The notes beneath the pieces were generated by a model. It made no database searches and was not told the origin of the DNA. It saw nothing but the letters and a program-made list of their open reading frames with translations. Below are positions 1 to 9,780 of a stretch of DNA of 41,837 nucleotides, one piece after another; the first letter of the stretch is position 1, and the number at the start of each line of letters is the position of its first letter. Source of the DNA: Archangiaceae bacterium (GTDB lineage: Bacteria > Myxococcota > Myxococcia > Myxococcales > Myxococcaceae); NCBI GenBank assembly GCA_043750125.1, contig JAYVCD010000341.1, forward strand, positions 1-41,837, in the 5' to 3' direction. Both the position numbers and the translations under genes were made by a program.

Positions 1-86
1 TTCGATCATTTCGGGGGGGCTCATTCAACCAGACGAACGCTTATTGCCTAGTCAGAAAAGATCCTGATTGCTCAAGATTCGGTGCG

Positions 87-120
87 GTTGTTTTCGTCCC
101 ACCGACAGCACAAAAACAAC
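87..120. promoter_or_regulatory. AT-rich inverted repeat, possible operator or hairpin
   Basis: GTTGTTTTCGT (87-97) pairs with ACAAAAACAAC (110-120) at 10/11 positions around a 12-nt spacer. It lies in non-coding DNA upstream of a possible minus-strand start (ATG at 24-22, MSPPEMIE...) that runs off the window. Confidence 0.3.
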
Positions 121-326
121 TCGGGGGCGTGGTTTCTTTCCGGCGTTCACGTGCTCAGCACCTCGATCTGCGGACCCCAGCTCGAGCAGGGTCCGCGCGC
201 CGGGAACAGTGCGCTCGAAGCACTTCGGTAGGTGGCGGGTTCGAAACCATGGTCCGCGGGCGAATCGATGAGCCGATTCCAGCCGACGCGCGCTCTGAAG
301 AGCAGGGGAAGCCTCTTGAAGGGGCT

Positions 327-1949
327 TCAGTGTGATCGGGCTTTCAACACCTTGAGGTTCCCCACCTCGACGGAGATGCCGGCGAAATACCCTGCGGTGG
401 TGAACAGCTTTTTTTGCGAGTCGGTATGGGCCGCGACGAGGGTGTTCCGGGTGGTGCGGCAGGCCTTGATCTCCTTGTGGAGGAGCTTGAGGTTTCGAAG
501 GCCGGCGCGGGTGTGCACCGTGGTGACCAACACTGCAGGCTCGTTCTCGATGGTGATATGAAACACGTTCCAACGGCCGCCGATGACTTCGGTCACTTCT
601 CCGACTTCGGTGATGCTCGAGCAGCTCCAGCTGATTTGGGTGTTGGGCTCGGTGGGGACGGGGGGCGGCAGCGGCGCCTCCGGGATGGGCGTGGGTTCCA
701 CCCGCATGGGCGCGACGACGGCCGGGGGGGCGACCGGGCGCGCAGAGCCCAGGTCTGCGGCCACCTCGGGCTGGGCGCCCGACGAGTTCACCCACCACCC
801 CACGCCGACGAGGCTGAACCCGAGGATGCCGATGACGACCCACGCGGCAGCAGCGGCAGTGGACGCCCGAGGGAGCGGCGCAGGGTCCTGGGACAGGCGG
901 TCGAGGGCGATGCGGACCTCAGCCGCACTCGGACGCCGCGCCGAATTCTTTTCCAACATCTGCATCACCAGCGCTTCGAGCCCCAGAGAAATCCCCTCGA
1001 CTTCTGCGCTCGGCGACGGAGCGGGCATCTTCAGGTGCCGATGCATGATCTCGACGATCGACCCCCCCTGAAAAGGCTCGCGGCCGACGAGCAGCGTCCA
1101 GGCCAACACGCCCATCGCGTAGATGTCGGTCTTGGCCGAGATTCGGCGGTCGCCGCGCACCTGCTCCGGAGCCATGTACCCCGGCGTGCCGACCACCATT
1201 CCAGGCTGGGTCAAACCTTTGCTCTTCGACCCCGGCCGCTTGGCGAGCCCGAAGTCGAGCAGCGTCAGGTTCCAGCCTTCGGGTCGTTCGTCGACGTAGA
1301 TGTTGTCCGGCTTCAAGTCGCGGTGAATCACCCCGGCGAAGTGCACCGCTTCGAGCGCCGCCATCGATTGGGCGAGGACCACGGCCGTTTGCGCCGCGGT
1401 CAGTCGACCCTTCTCGGCCAGCACCTCGGCCAGAGATCGCCCCTCGAGCAATTCCATCACCATGTAGGGCCGGCCGTCGGGCAGCTGACCGAACGAAAAG
1501 ATGTCCACGATGTTCGGGTGGCGAATGGCGTTGACCGCCTGGGCTTCGCGAAGCATTCGCTGCACCGCCGTCGGGTCCGCGACGATCGTCTGCAACAGCA
1601 CCTTGATCGCGACCAGCTTGCCGATCACCGGCTGTTCTCCCCGGTACAGCGCGCCCATTCCTCCCTGGCCGAGTCGATGAATGACCCGGTACTCGCCGAG
1701 CATCTGCCCGATCAACGGGTCGTCGGGAGGCGCGGGGGGTGGGTCCGCCGGGCCGCTGTCGGGCGGGGGCCGGGAAGTCCGTCGCGGGGGGGGGCCTGTC
1801 GGGCGGGTCCTCGCGGTGAACGCACGGACTGTGGCCGTACAGCGCGGGCAGGCTTCGAGGTGTGCGGCGATGCGGGCATGGTCCCCGGCAGGCAGCGCCT
1901 GAATCGCGTAATCGCTCAGCTCCGAATCCGCGGGGTGAGGCGCCGTCAT
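327..1949 (-). CDS. Hanks-type Ser/Thr protein kinase with N-terminal zf-HC2-like zinc finger and C-terminal TM segment
   Basis: LGQGGMG, VAIK, HRDLKPDN, DFG and GTPGYMAPE motifs. N-terminal H...HLEACPRC motif. Hydrophobic WVVIGILGFSLVGVGWW segment followed by a Pro-rich linker. Confidence 0.95.
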   Translation of the reverse strand: MTAPHPADSELSDYAIQALPAGDHARIAAHLEACPRCTATVRAFTARTRPTGPPPRRTSRPPPDSGPADPPPAPPDDPLIGQMLGEYRVIHRLGQGGMGALYRGEQPVIGKLVAIKVLLQTIVADPTAVQRMLREAQAVNAIRHPNIVDIFSFGQLPDGRPYMVMELLEGRSLAEVLAEKGRLTAAQTAVVLAQSMAALEAVHFAGVIHRDLKPDNIYVDERPEGWNLTLLDFGLAKRPGSKSKGLTQPGMVVGTPGYMAPEQVRGDRRISAKTDIYAMGVLAWTLLVGREPFQGGSIVEIMHRHLKMPAPSPSAEVEGISLGLEALVMQMLEKNSARRPSAAEVRIALDRLSQDPAPLPRASTAAAAAWVVIGILGFSLVGVGWWVNSSGAQPEVAADLGSARPVAPPAVVAPMRVEPTPIPEAPLPPPVPTEPNTQISWSCSSITEVGEVTEVIGGRWNVFHITIENEPAVLVTTVHTRAGLRNLKLLHKEIKACRTTRNTLVAAHTDSQKKLFTTAGYFAGISVEVGNLKVLKARSH

Positions 1950-1974
1950 CCCCTCGAGCGTACTTCACCCATCT

Positions 1975-3996
1975 TCACCAGACGCGAACCCGATCGGCAG
2001 GTTTGAGGAACAGCTTCTGGGTCGGCTTGACCTTGAACGCGGTGTACCAGGCGTCGAGATTTCGAACGGTGTCGGCCCGGTATTCTTCGGGAGCATGGCC
2101 ATCTGAGACGACCTGGGCGCGCAACATCGGCTCTCGGACCTTGTCTTTCCACGATTGGGCGAAGCCGAGGAAGAAGCGCTGGTCGCCGGTAAACCCGTCG
2201 CGAACCAAAGCGGCTTTTCCGTGCAGCGACAGTTTGTAGGCGTCGTACGCGGCCGCGAGCCCCGCGACATCGGCGATGTTCTCACCCAGCGTCAGCTCGC
2301 CGTTGACCGCCAGATCCGGAAACGGCTTGTAGGCCCCGTACTGCTTGACCAGTTTTTCCGAAGCGACCTTGAAGTGAGCGCGATCTTCTGGGGTCCACCA
2401 GTTGTCGAGACGGCCTTTGGCATCGAACTCGGAACCGAGGTTGTCGAAGCTGTGGCTGATCTCGTGACCGATGGTCGCTCCGATCGCTCCGTAGTTGAGC
2501 GCGGGGTCGGCGGCGGGGTCGAAATAGGGAGGCTGAAGGATCGCCGCCGGAAAATTGAGCGCGTTCTGCAGCGGGAGGTTTACGGCGTTCACTTCCTGGG
2601 GAACCATCCACCACTCATCGCGGTCGGGAGCGACCGTCAGCTTGGCGAGGTTTCGGCGGTACTCGAACAACGAGCCGCGAAACGCATTGCCGGTTAGATC
2701 GTCCGGCGAAATCTCGAGGCTCGAAAAGTCGCGCCCCTTGTCCGGATAGCCGACGCCGACCTTGAGGGTGGCGATCTTTTCCTGAGCCCGGGCTTTGGTT
2801 TTGGGGGACATCCACTCGAGCGCGTCCACCCGTTTGCTGAAGGCTTTGACGATGTCGTCGACCATCGCCTGCGCTTTGGCTTTCGATTCGGGCGGAAAGT
2901 AGCGGCGCACGTAGAGCTTGCCGATCGCTTCGCCGAGCAGGTCGTTGGTGAAATCGGCGCCCCGCTTCCAACGCTCGCGCAGCTTGGGCACCCCGTGGAG
3001 GGTCTTGCCGTAGAAGGCAAACCGTTCGTCGACGAACGCCCTGGGCAACAGATTCGTCACCTCTTCCAGGGTGTGGAAGGCCAGCCAACTCTTCCAGGCG
3101 TCCAGCGGCTCACTGGCCACCAGGGCTGACAGGCCGGCAATCGGCTTGGGGTGCCAGAGGGTCAACAGCTTCTCGCCACCCAGACCTGCGGCCTCGAAAA
3201 ACGTGCCCCAGTCGAGCCCCGGTGCGCGGGTCGCAAACTCTTCGCGCTTCCACACCGCAGTGCCGTGCACGTCTTCGGACTCGGTGCGGTTGGCGTGGAC
3301 GGTTGCGATCTTCTTCTCGAGCTCAAAAATTTTTGCCGCTTTCGCGTCGGGCTCGCTGAAGCCTGCCTGCTTGAGCACCGCGGCGACGTGTGCCTGGTAC
3401 TTGGTGCGCAGCTCGGCCATGCGTGGCGTCGCAGAGACGTAGTACTCGCGGTCGGGCAGGCCAAGGCCGCCTTGCAGCAGGTAGGCGCGATTGTGTTCGG
3501 GAGCCTCGAGCGCCTGGGCCACGAACAGCCCCATCAGGTGTCGAGTCTCGAAGTGGGTGGCGTTCAGAGGGTCCACGTCAGCGCGAAGCTGGGCCCCGAG
3601 CGCCTTCGCCAGAGCGCGCTTGTCGGTCAGCGCGAGGATCGCGTCGAGGCGCGGCTTGAGGGGCTTGATGCCTTTGGCCTCGATGCCCGCTTCGTCCATG
3701 AAGCTCGCGTAGCAATCTGCGATCTTGCGCGCGTCGGGGTCGGTGCCCGCGTCGGCGCTGGCCTGGATCAGCTCGACCGTTCGCTTCCGGGCTTCGTCGA
3801 CCAGCACCGAAGCCACCCCGTAGTCGCCGCGATCTTCGGGAATGGGGGTGGACTTGACCCACGCGCCGTTGGCGTAGCCGAAAAAATCGTCTCCGGGGGC
3901 GACCGACTTGTCGATGCTGGCGAGGTCGAGACCGGACGATTGGGGGGGAGCGACGAGGACTGCGATCGCGAACAGCGCAGCGAGAGCCTGGAACAC
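1975..3996 (-). CDS. M13 family zinc metalloendopeptidase (neprilysin/ECE/PepO-like), secreted
   Basis: PGDDFFGYANGAW, VNA, FPAAILQPPYF, GHEISHSFD (HExxH), GENIAD and DGHAP motifs. N-terminal signal peptide. Confidence 0.95.
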   Translation of the reverse strand: MFQALAALFAIAVLVAPPQSSGLDLASIDKSVAPGDDFFGYANGAWVKSTPIPEDRGDYGVASVLVDEARKRTVELIQASADAGTDPDARKIADCYASFMDEAGIEAKGIKPLKPRLDAILALTDKRALAKALGAQLRADVDPLNATHFETRHLMGLFVAQALEAPEHNRAYLLQGGLGLPDREYYVSATPRMAELRTKYQAHVAAVLKQAGFSEPDAKAAKIFELEKKIATVHANRTESEDVHGTAVWKREEFATRAPGLDWGTFFEAAGLGGEKLLTLWHPKPIAGLSALVASEPLDAWKSWLAFHTLEEVTNLLPRAFVDERFAFYGKTLHGVPKLRERWKRGADFTNDLLGEAIGKLYVRRYFPPESKAKAQAMVDDIVKAFSKRVDALEWMSPKTKARAQEKIATLKVGVGYPDKGRDFSSLEISPDDLTGNAFRGSLFEYRRNLAKLTVAPDRDEWWMVPQEVNAVNLPLQNALNFPAAILQPPYFDPAADPALNYGAIGATIGHEISHSFDNLGSEFDAKGRLDNWWTPEDRAHFKVASEKLVKQYGAYKPFPDLAVNGELTLGENIADVAGLAAAYDAYKLSLHGKAALVRDGFTGDQRFFLGFAQSWKDKVREPMLRAQVVSDGHAPEEYRADTVRNLDAWYTAFKVKPTQKLFLKPADRVRVW

Positions 3997-4261
3997 GGGA
4001 CCTCCACGAAAGGTTGGTCGCCGCTTCGAAGCACACTTCCTTGCCCTGCACCGGGAACTTCGCCGAGATCTTCGAAGACCTGCCAGCGCCTACTGGGTGA
4101 GGGCGGCCAGCACCTGCTCGTAGGCGCGCGCGTCGAAAGGAAGCCGAACGTGATCGCTCCACGCAACGAAGCCCCCGTTCTTGGTTCGAACAACCCGCGG
4201 CGGCACCGGCGCAGGAATAGCGCTCGGCACGCTAAAGAGCGCGTGTAAGGTTCGCCGCCTC

Positions 4262-6082
4262 GTGTGGCGCGTCGTGATTTTCATCATCTGGCTGTGCGGC
4301 TGTGCCCCCACCCAGCCGACCCCGACGCACGAAATCATTCACCTGCGGGGAAATGCGTTCGAGCGCGGCAAGCAGCATGGCCAGTTGCTGAAGTCGAAGA
4401 TTCACAGCTTCTACACCACGCTGCTGACGGCCTCGCTCTTCCCCTACCTGGGCCGCGAGCAGCCGACGATCGCGACCTTGCTCAACGAGTACAACGGCGA
4501 GCGTTACCAGAAGGGTCAGTTCGCCTACGCGCTGCTGCTCGACTCGGCCAAATCAATCGAGAAGTCTCTGACCCGGGCCCAGCGCGACGAGCTGCGGGGG
4601 ATCAGTGAAGGCTCGGGCCTGTCGTACGACGAGGTGCTGGTCCTCAACACCTTCGTCGACTCGGTGCTGGCCGTGCGGGGCATCGCGCTGGCGATCCGCC
4701 TTTCGCGCGCTCCCCAGCTGACCCGGCTCGAGTTCGTCGGCGCGGGAAATGATGGAGCCGACAACGACGGGAATGGACTCGTCGACGAGCCGGGCGAAGG
4801 CGTGCTCGACCCGTTCGTCGCGGGCCCGTTCGCCAATGCCGTCGAGGTGCCGCCCGACACCACGGTGAAGCTGACGCTCAAAGATCCAGACGGGGTCGAC
4901 CGCACGTCGCTGCGGTTGACGCTCAACGGCCAGCTCTACACCGACGGAGCGCCCGGCCTGACGTTCGAGTCCCCGGCCCCCGATACCCTGGTGGTCAGCC
5001 TTAAGCCTCAGAGCCGCCTGGCAATCGGCTCGACCCAGACGCTGGTGGTGACCGCCGGAGACCAGGTGGTGGTCGAGCAACCTCCGCCTTCCCACCTGAG
5101 CTTCATGCGCGATGAAGAGCTGCTGTTCACGGTCAAAGGTACCGGCCAGGGCCCCGCCCAGGTCCGGCGGCCGGCCTTGACCGACGGCCGCACCCGCCCC
5201 CCGTCGGTGGCCTTCGCGCTGACCGGCGGCGCCTCGAGCGCGGGGACTCTGCTCGCGCACCACTTCGCACTGCTCGACGCCAACACTGCGCACAAGCACA
5301 CGGTGGTGCTCGTTCACCACCCGGACGATGGCACCCCCGCGTACGCGACCGTCGGGTGGGCGGGAGTGGCCTTTGGCCTGGTCGGGATGTCCGAGCGGGG
5401 CGTCGGGTACGCATGCAATCCTTCCGACACGCTCGACAATTCGGTGGTGGGCAGCGTGCTCGATCAGATCGCCGACCTGTCGAAGGCCAGGCTCATCGCC
5501 AGCGGAGTTCCAATTGGTTTCGTCGGCCGGCGAATCCTCGAGACGGCCACCGATACGGGGACCGCGGTAGACGTCTTCAAGGCCAGCAAGCACGTCTACG
5601 GGTGGAACTGCCTCGTCGCAGACTCGGCGGGGCTGCTTCGTTCGGTCGAGGTCGATTCAGACGTCTTTCGAAACGGGACCTCGGTCTTCACCGTGGCTCC
5701 CGAGGACCGCAACGTTCAGGGCGAGCGGATCGCAAGCGTGAGTGACGACGATCTGATCGCCGGGTCCTCATATCGTTTGAACACCAACGATGTCGTCACC
5801 TTGAACCTTTCCGGCCAGCGGGTGGTGCCGCAGAAAATCTGGAGCACTTTTTTCTATCGCTCGCGTCGGGTTGTCGACGCGGTGGCCCGAAGACTCGACC
5901 GACCACTGAGTGTCGAGGCGGCAGAGGCGTTGCTGGGCGATGACGAGCTGGTCGACAAGTCCGACAGCATGACCGCCGCGGTCCTCGAGCTATCGGCAAA
6001 GAAGCTGCACTACGCGATTGGCCAGGTGCCGGCGACGAGTGCACCGTTCGAGACCTTCGACTTCAACGCGGTGGCGCCGTGA
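4262..6082 (+). CDS. C45-family (AAT-like) Ntn-hydrolase homolog, lipoprotein, with large internal insertion and atypical active site
   Basis: GTG 4262 gives MWRVVIFIIWLCGC (lipobox). C45-type segments: LRGNAFERGKQHG, ELRGISEGSGLSYDEVLVLN, GWAG..GLVGMSERG, GVP...RRILE, GWNCLVAD. Confidence 0.8.
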   Translation: MWRVVIFIIWLCGCAPTQPTPTHEIIHLRGNAFERGKQHGQLLKSKIHSFYTTLLTASLFPYLGREQPTIATLLNEYNGERYQKGQFAYALLLDSAKSIEKSLTRAQRDELRGISEGSGLSYDEVLVLNTFVDSVLAVRGIALAIRLSRAPQLTRLEFVGAGNDGADNDGNGLVDEPGEGVLDPFVAGPFANAVEVPPDTTVKLTLKDPDGVDRTSLRLTLNGQLYTDGAPGLTFESPAPDTLVVSLKPQSRLAIGSTQTLVVTAGDQVVVEQPPPSHLSFMRDEELLFTVKGTGQGPAQVRRPALTDGRTRPPSVAFALTGGASSAGTLLAHHFALLDANTAHKHTVVLVHHPDDGTPAYATVGWAGVAFGLVGMSERGVGYACNPSDTLDNSVVGSVLDQIADLSKARLIASGVPIGFVGRRILETATDTGTAVDVFKASKHVYGWNCLVADSAGLLRSVEVDSDVFRNGTSVFTVAPEDRNVQGERIASVSDDDLIAGSSYRLNTNDVVTLNLSGQRVVPQKIWSTFFYRSRRVVDAVARRLDRPLSVEAAEALLGDDELVDKSDSMTAAVLELSAKKLHYAIGQVPATSAPFETFDFNAVAP

Positions 6083-7281
6083 AGCGCGCGCTGGTGGGGT
6101 TCCTCGTCGCAGCCTCGGCCCACGCCGGCGAGACGGCCACCCTGCCCAGGGGGACCTTCGTGCTCGATGTGGGCTACCTCCACTCGACCATCACCAAGCG
6201 CTGGGACGGCAACCGGGTAGGGCGCAGTCTGATCGACGACATTCCGCGGTACGAGCCAGGCGGGGGACTGCAGGGAATTCTTTCCGCCCAGCCCCGCGCG
6301 CTCTACCAGGGGGTGTTGTTTCAGATTGGGTATGGCCTGACCGACTGGCTCACCCTCGCGGTGTACGCGCCGCTGATTCTCGCGACGACGATCGAGACGA
6401 ACTTTCACTGGCAGCCGGGCGACTTCCAGAGCCAGCTGGGCCGGCAATATTCCGAGGACGACTTCTGGGCCTGGGCCGGGTCGCTGGGGCAGCCGCGTCC
6501 CCCCTCGAAGTGGGTCGGCAACCGCAGCACTTTTGCCGACATCATCGTTGGCCTGCGCGCGGCGGTGCCCCAGTTCTCGTTCACCCGGGCGATGGGGTTG
6601 AAGCTCGCCGGGACCCTGCAGGTCGCAATTCCAACTGGGCGCCCGCCGGACCCCGAGGAAGTCGTCGCGGCCGGGACCACCGCTTTTGATCTGCACAGCT
6701 ACGGCGATGTCGAGATCCACGCTTCGTGGGACCGCCCGTTCGAAATCGACGAGTACGGCGTTCCCCGCCTGAGCGTGGGCGGCGATTTTTTCTTCTCGTG
6801 GTTTCGCCCCAAGACGCTGGTCACCGCGACCGGGTCGAAGAACCCGCTGCTCAATACCTATGCCCCCTACGTCGGCGCGACCTACGTCCAGGATCCAGGC
6901 GATTGGGTGGGCGCGACCGTCAGCCTCGAGGCCTCGCCCATTCTGGGGCCGACGTTCGGGACCTGGGTCGCCGGAGGAAACGTCGAGAAGGCCCGAACCT
7001 TTCCTCCGCTAATGACGGTGATGGTCGGCTTCACGTACATCGCCACCGGGCAGAGCCGCTGGTACTCGGATTCCGCAATCTGGAACTACGACCGCGAGAA
7101 GATGTGGCAGCCGGGCGAGAAGAACATCTTTCGGGTCGGCCTCACCTTGAGCCTGTTGCGCCTGGGCCTTCCCCTGCAGCTTTACGCCCAATACCGCTCT
7201 CAGGACCTCGTCCCTGGGCGCTTCACCCGCCCTGCGAATGTCATTTCTGCTGGCGCCCGGGCGATCCTCAAGTTTTGGTGA
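6079..7281 (+). CDS. Putative outer-membrane beta-barrel protein (transporter/channel-like)
   Basis: Signal peptide ending ASAHA. Alternating-hydrophobic beta strands (FQIGYGLTDWLTLAVYAP; LQVAIPTG). C-terminal beta-signal ISAGARAILKFW. GTGA overlap with the upstream gene. Confidence 0.7.
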   Translation: MKRALVGFLVAASAHAGETATLPRGTFVLDVGYLHSTITKRWDGNRVGRSLIDDIPRYEPGGGLQGILSAQPRALYQGVLFQIGYGLTDWLTLAVYAPLILATTIETNFHWQPGDFQSQLGRQYSEDDFWAWAGSLGQPRPPSKWVGNRSTFADIIVGLRAAVPQFSFTRAMGLKLAGTLQVAIPTGRPPDPEEVVAAGTTAFDLHSYGDVEIHASWDRPFEIDEYGVPRLSVGGDFFFSWFRPKTLVTATGSKNPLLNTYAPYVGATYVQDPGDWVGATVSLEASPILGPTFGTWVAGGNVEKARTFPPLMTVMVGFTYIATGQSRWYSDSAIWNYDREKMWQPGEKNIFRVGLTLSLLRLGLPLQLYAQYRSQDLVPGRFTRPANVISAGARAILKFW

Positions 7282-7286
7282 GCCCG

Positions 7287-9776
7287 ATGCGCGCTCTTCT
7301 TCTCGTTTTGATTGCTCTTTGCCCGGGATGCGCGGCGAGCGCGCTCGTCATCTACACCATCTCGCCCGATCATCCAGATGACAGCGCGACCGAGACGCTC
7401 CAGTTGGCGGGGCTCAAGGGTCCGGTGACGGTGACCTTCGACGCGTGGGGCATTCCTCACATCGAAGCCTCGAACCTGGTCGACCTGGCTCGCGCCAATG
7501 GCTACGTGCAGGGCCGCAGCCGCTTCTTCCAGATGGACATGATGCGCAGGTTGGCGAAAGGAAAAGTCAGCGAGCTGGTCGGTGAGCAGCCACTGCTGTC
7601 CGAGACGACCGTCGACTACGACCGGACGATGCGCGGGTGGTTGATCGAAGAGCGCGCGCGGGTGGACCTGACGAAGATGAGCCCCGAGCAGGTCGAGGTG
7701 CTGCACGCGTTTGCCGGCGGGGTGAATGCGGCGGTGAGGCAATACCTTCCGCTCGAATACCGCTTGTTGGGGGTCGACCCGACGCCGTGGGAAATGTCGG
7801 ACTCGCTCTGTGTCGGGCTGCTCAACGTCTGGAGCGTCTCGCACAACTGGACCCAGGAAAGCACTCGACTGCTGCTGGCGATGTCGGTCGGGCTCGAGCG
7901 CGCTGAGCGCATCTACCCCAATGATCCGCCCCCCGGAGCACGCACGCTTCACGGGGAGCCTTCGCTGCGGCCGCTTCCTCCGGCGGTCGCTCCCGAGCTG
8001 GAAGGAATGTTTCCCTGGAAGAGCACCGCCAGGCCCCAGGCCCACGCCCAGAATGAGCCGCTGCAGGGGCTGGGCGTGGATCCGATCGCGATGATGGGCG
8101 CGTCGAACGCGTGGGTGGTCGACGGCAGCCGTTCGGTCAGCGGGAAGCCGATGATTGCCAGTGATCCCCACCTCACCCACCTGCTGCCGTCAGTCATGGT
8201 GCAGCTGCATTTGCGCGCGCCGAACCTCGACGTGATTGGCGTCACCGTTCCGGGGCTTCCGTACATTCTCGCCGGCCACAACGGGCACGTGGCGTGGGGC
8301 ATCACCAGCACCGTGGCCGACGTGATGGATCTGCTGATCGAAAAGGTCGACCCCGCCCACCCAGGGCAGGTCGTCACCGACGCCGCGACGCCGTGCCTGA
8401 TTTCTACCCGGGAAGAACACATCAAGGTGCGCAAGGGCGGTAAGGTCAACGAGCAGATCCTCAAGATGCGGCGCACCTGCCATGGGCCGGTGTTCAACGA
8501 CATCTACCCCCGGCTGTTCCCCGAGGGCTCGCCGCTGATCTCGATTCGCTGGCAGACCGAAGGCATGGAACGTTCGCTGGACGTGCTGCTGGCGATGAAC
8601 CGCGCGCAGACCACGAAGGAAATGGGCGCGGTGATTTCCGACCTGCCCTCGACCTACAACACCTGGACGGTTGCCGACGTGGACGGACACATCGGCACTT
8701 TCCTCTCGGGCTCGGTGCCTGTTCACGAAGCATTGAGTGGAACGTTTCCCACTCCGGGGTGGCTGACCCGTTACGACTGGACCCACTGGGCGAAGGGCGA
8801 GCAGCTGCCGTGGGCGATGGATCCGGAAGACGGCCTGCTGGTGCACGCCAACAACCTGATGGTCGAGCCCGGAGCTGAGCCGTGGGTAATTCCGAATGTC
8901 GATGCGGCCGCGAGCTACCGGATCGAGCGAATCGAATATCTGCTGAAGGAAACGCCAAAGCACGACCTGCAGACTTTCCGCGCGATTCAGAGCGACATCT
9001 TTTCGCTGCGTGCGAAGAACGTCCTCAACCGGATGCTCGAAGATCTCGGAGAAGGAGCCGGGCTCTCGGAACCCGCGCTTCAGGCGCTGAAGATGTTGAA
9101 GAAGTGGAACTGGCAGACCGATGCCGATCACCCCGAAGCGGCGATCTTCTTTGCCACCTACCGCGCCGCGATTGCGACCGCGCTGCGCGACGAGCTGAGC
9201 GAGGACGGGGTTCGCTTCTTCCTCTCGCAGCGGTACTCGACCAGCGTGGCCGACCGCTGGTTCGAAGAGCCGCTGCACCCCGTCTGGGACGACACCACCA
9301 CCGCGGGGCCCGAGACCCGTTTTACGGTCGTGAGGTTCGCGCTCGAGTCGGCGGTCACCACCCTCTCGCAGTTGATGGGCGAGAAGAACCCGGCGAAGTG
9401 GCAGTGGGGCAAGCTGCACTGGATGCGCCCGACCCACGCTTTCGGGGGGCAGTTCTTACTGACCGGGCTGTTGAACCTCGCTCCGCTCGAAGCGGGCGGT
9501 GAGCTCGACACGGTCTGGAAGTCGCACTTCGATCTGGGCAACGACAAGGCGCCGTACCGGGTGATCGCCGGCCCGGTCTTCCGGATGGTGGCGGACCTGG
9601 GGGATCTTCGGCGCGACGCGTGGTGGATCGTGGACACCGGCACCAGCGGTTGGCCGAAGTCTCCGCATTATGGAGACCAGTACGAGCGCTGGCGGCGCGG
9701 TGAAATGATCCCGATGTGGACCGACCTGACCCTGATTAGAAACGCACTTCACGGCACGCTCACCTTGACCCCATAG
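7287..9776 (+). CDS. Penicillin acylase / AHL-acylase family (S45) Ntn hydrolase, probable lipoprotein
   Basis: ATG 7287 gives MRALLLVLIALCPGC; the 6726 start in the ORF track overlaps the previous gene. Motifs: DAWGIPHIEA, RFFQMD, beta-chain start ASNAW (Ser codon 8103), SDPHL, GHNGHVAWG, WQWGKLH, SPHYGDQ. Confidence 0.93.
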   Translation: MRALLLVLIALCPGCAASALVIYTISPDHPDDSATETLQLAGLKGPVTVTFDAWGIPHIEASNLVDLARANGYVQGRSRFFQMDMMRRLAKGKVSELVGEQPLLSETTVDYDRTMRGWLIEERARVDLTKMSPEQVEVLHAFAGGVNAAVRQYLPLEYRLLGVDPTPWEMSDSLCVGLLNVWSVSHNWTQESTRLLLAMSVGLERAERIYPNDPPPGARTLHGEPSLRPLPPAVAPELEGMFPWKSTARPQAHAQNEPLQGLGVDPIAMMGASNAWVVDGSRSVSGKPMIASDPHLTHLLPSVMVQLHLRAPNLDVIGVTVPGLPYILAGHNGHVAWGITSTVADVMDLLIEKVDPAHPGQVVTDAATPCLISTREEHIKVRKGGKVNEQILKMRRTCHGPVFNDIYPRLFPEGSPLISIRWQTEGMERSLDVLLAMNRAQTTKEMGAVISDLPSTYNTWTVADVDGHIGTFLSGSVPVHEALSGTFPTPGWLTRYDWTHWAKGEQLPWAMDPEDGLLVHANNLMVEPGAEPWVIPNVDAAASYRIERIEYLLKETPKHDLQTFRAIQSDIFSLRAKNVLNRMLEDLGEGAGLSEPALQALKMLKKWNWQTDADHPEAAIFFATYRAAIATALRDELSEDGVRFFLSQRYSTSVADRWFEEPLHPVWDDTTTAGPETRFTVVRFALESAVTTLSQLMGEKNPAKWQWGKLHWMRPTHAFGGQFLLTGLLNLAPLEAGGELDTVWKSHFDLGNDKAPYRVIAGPVFRMVADLGDLRRDAWWIVDTGTSGWPKSPHYGDQYERWRRGEMIPMWTDLTLIRNALHGTLTLTP

Positions 9777-9780
9777 GCCC

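Noticed and set aside
231-260. GGTTCGAAACC resembling a tRNA T-loop
   Set aside because: The T-stem does not pair beyond 2 bp, and no acceptor or anticodon arms can be built.
309-327. Hairpin AAGCC..GGCTT right after the kinase stop
   Set aside because: Short stem with no U-tract; insufficient to call a terminator.
4090-4240. Short minus-strand ORF tail (..VVRTKNGGFVAWSDHVRLPFDARAYEQVLAALTQ)
   Set aside because: Looks protein-like and may be a remnant, but it has no credible start and no recognisable family.
6726-7286. N-terminal extension of the 1016-aa S45 ORF
   Set aside because: Overlaps the barrel gene in another frame; the signal peptide starts at ATG 7287.
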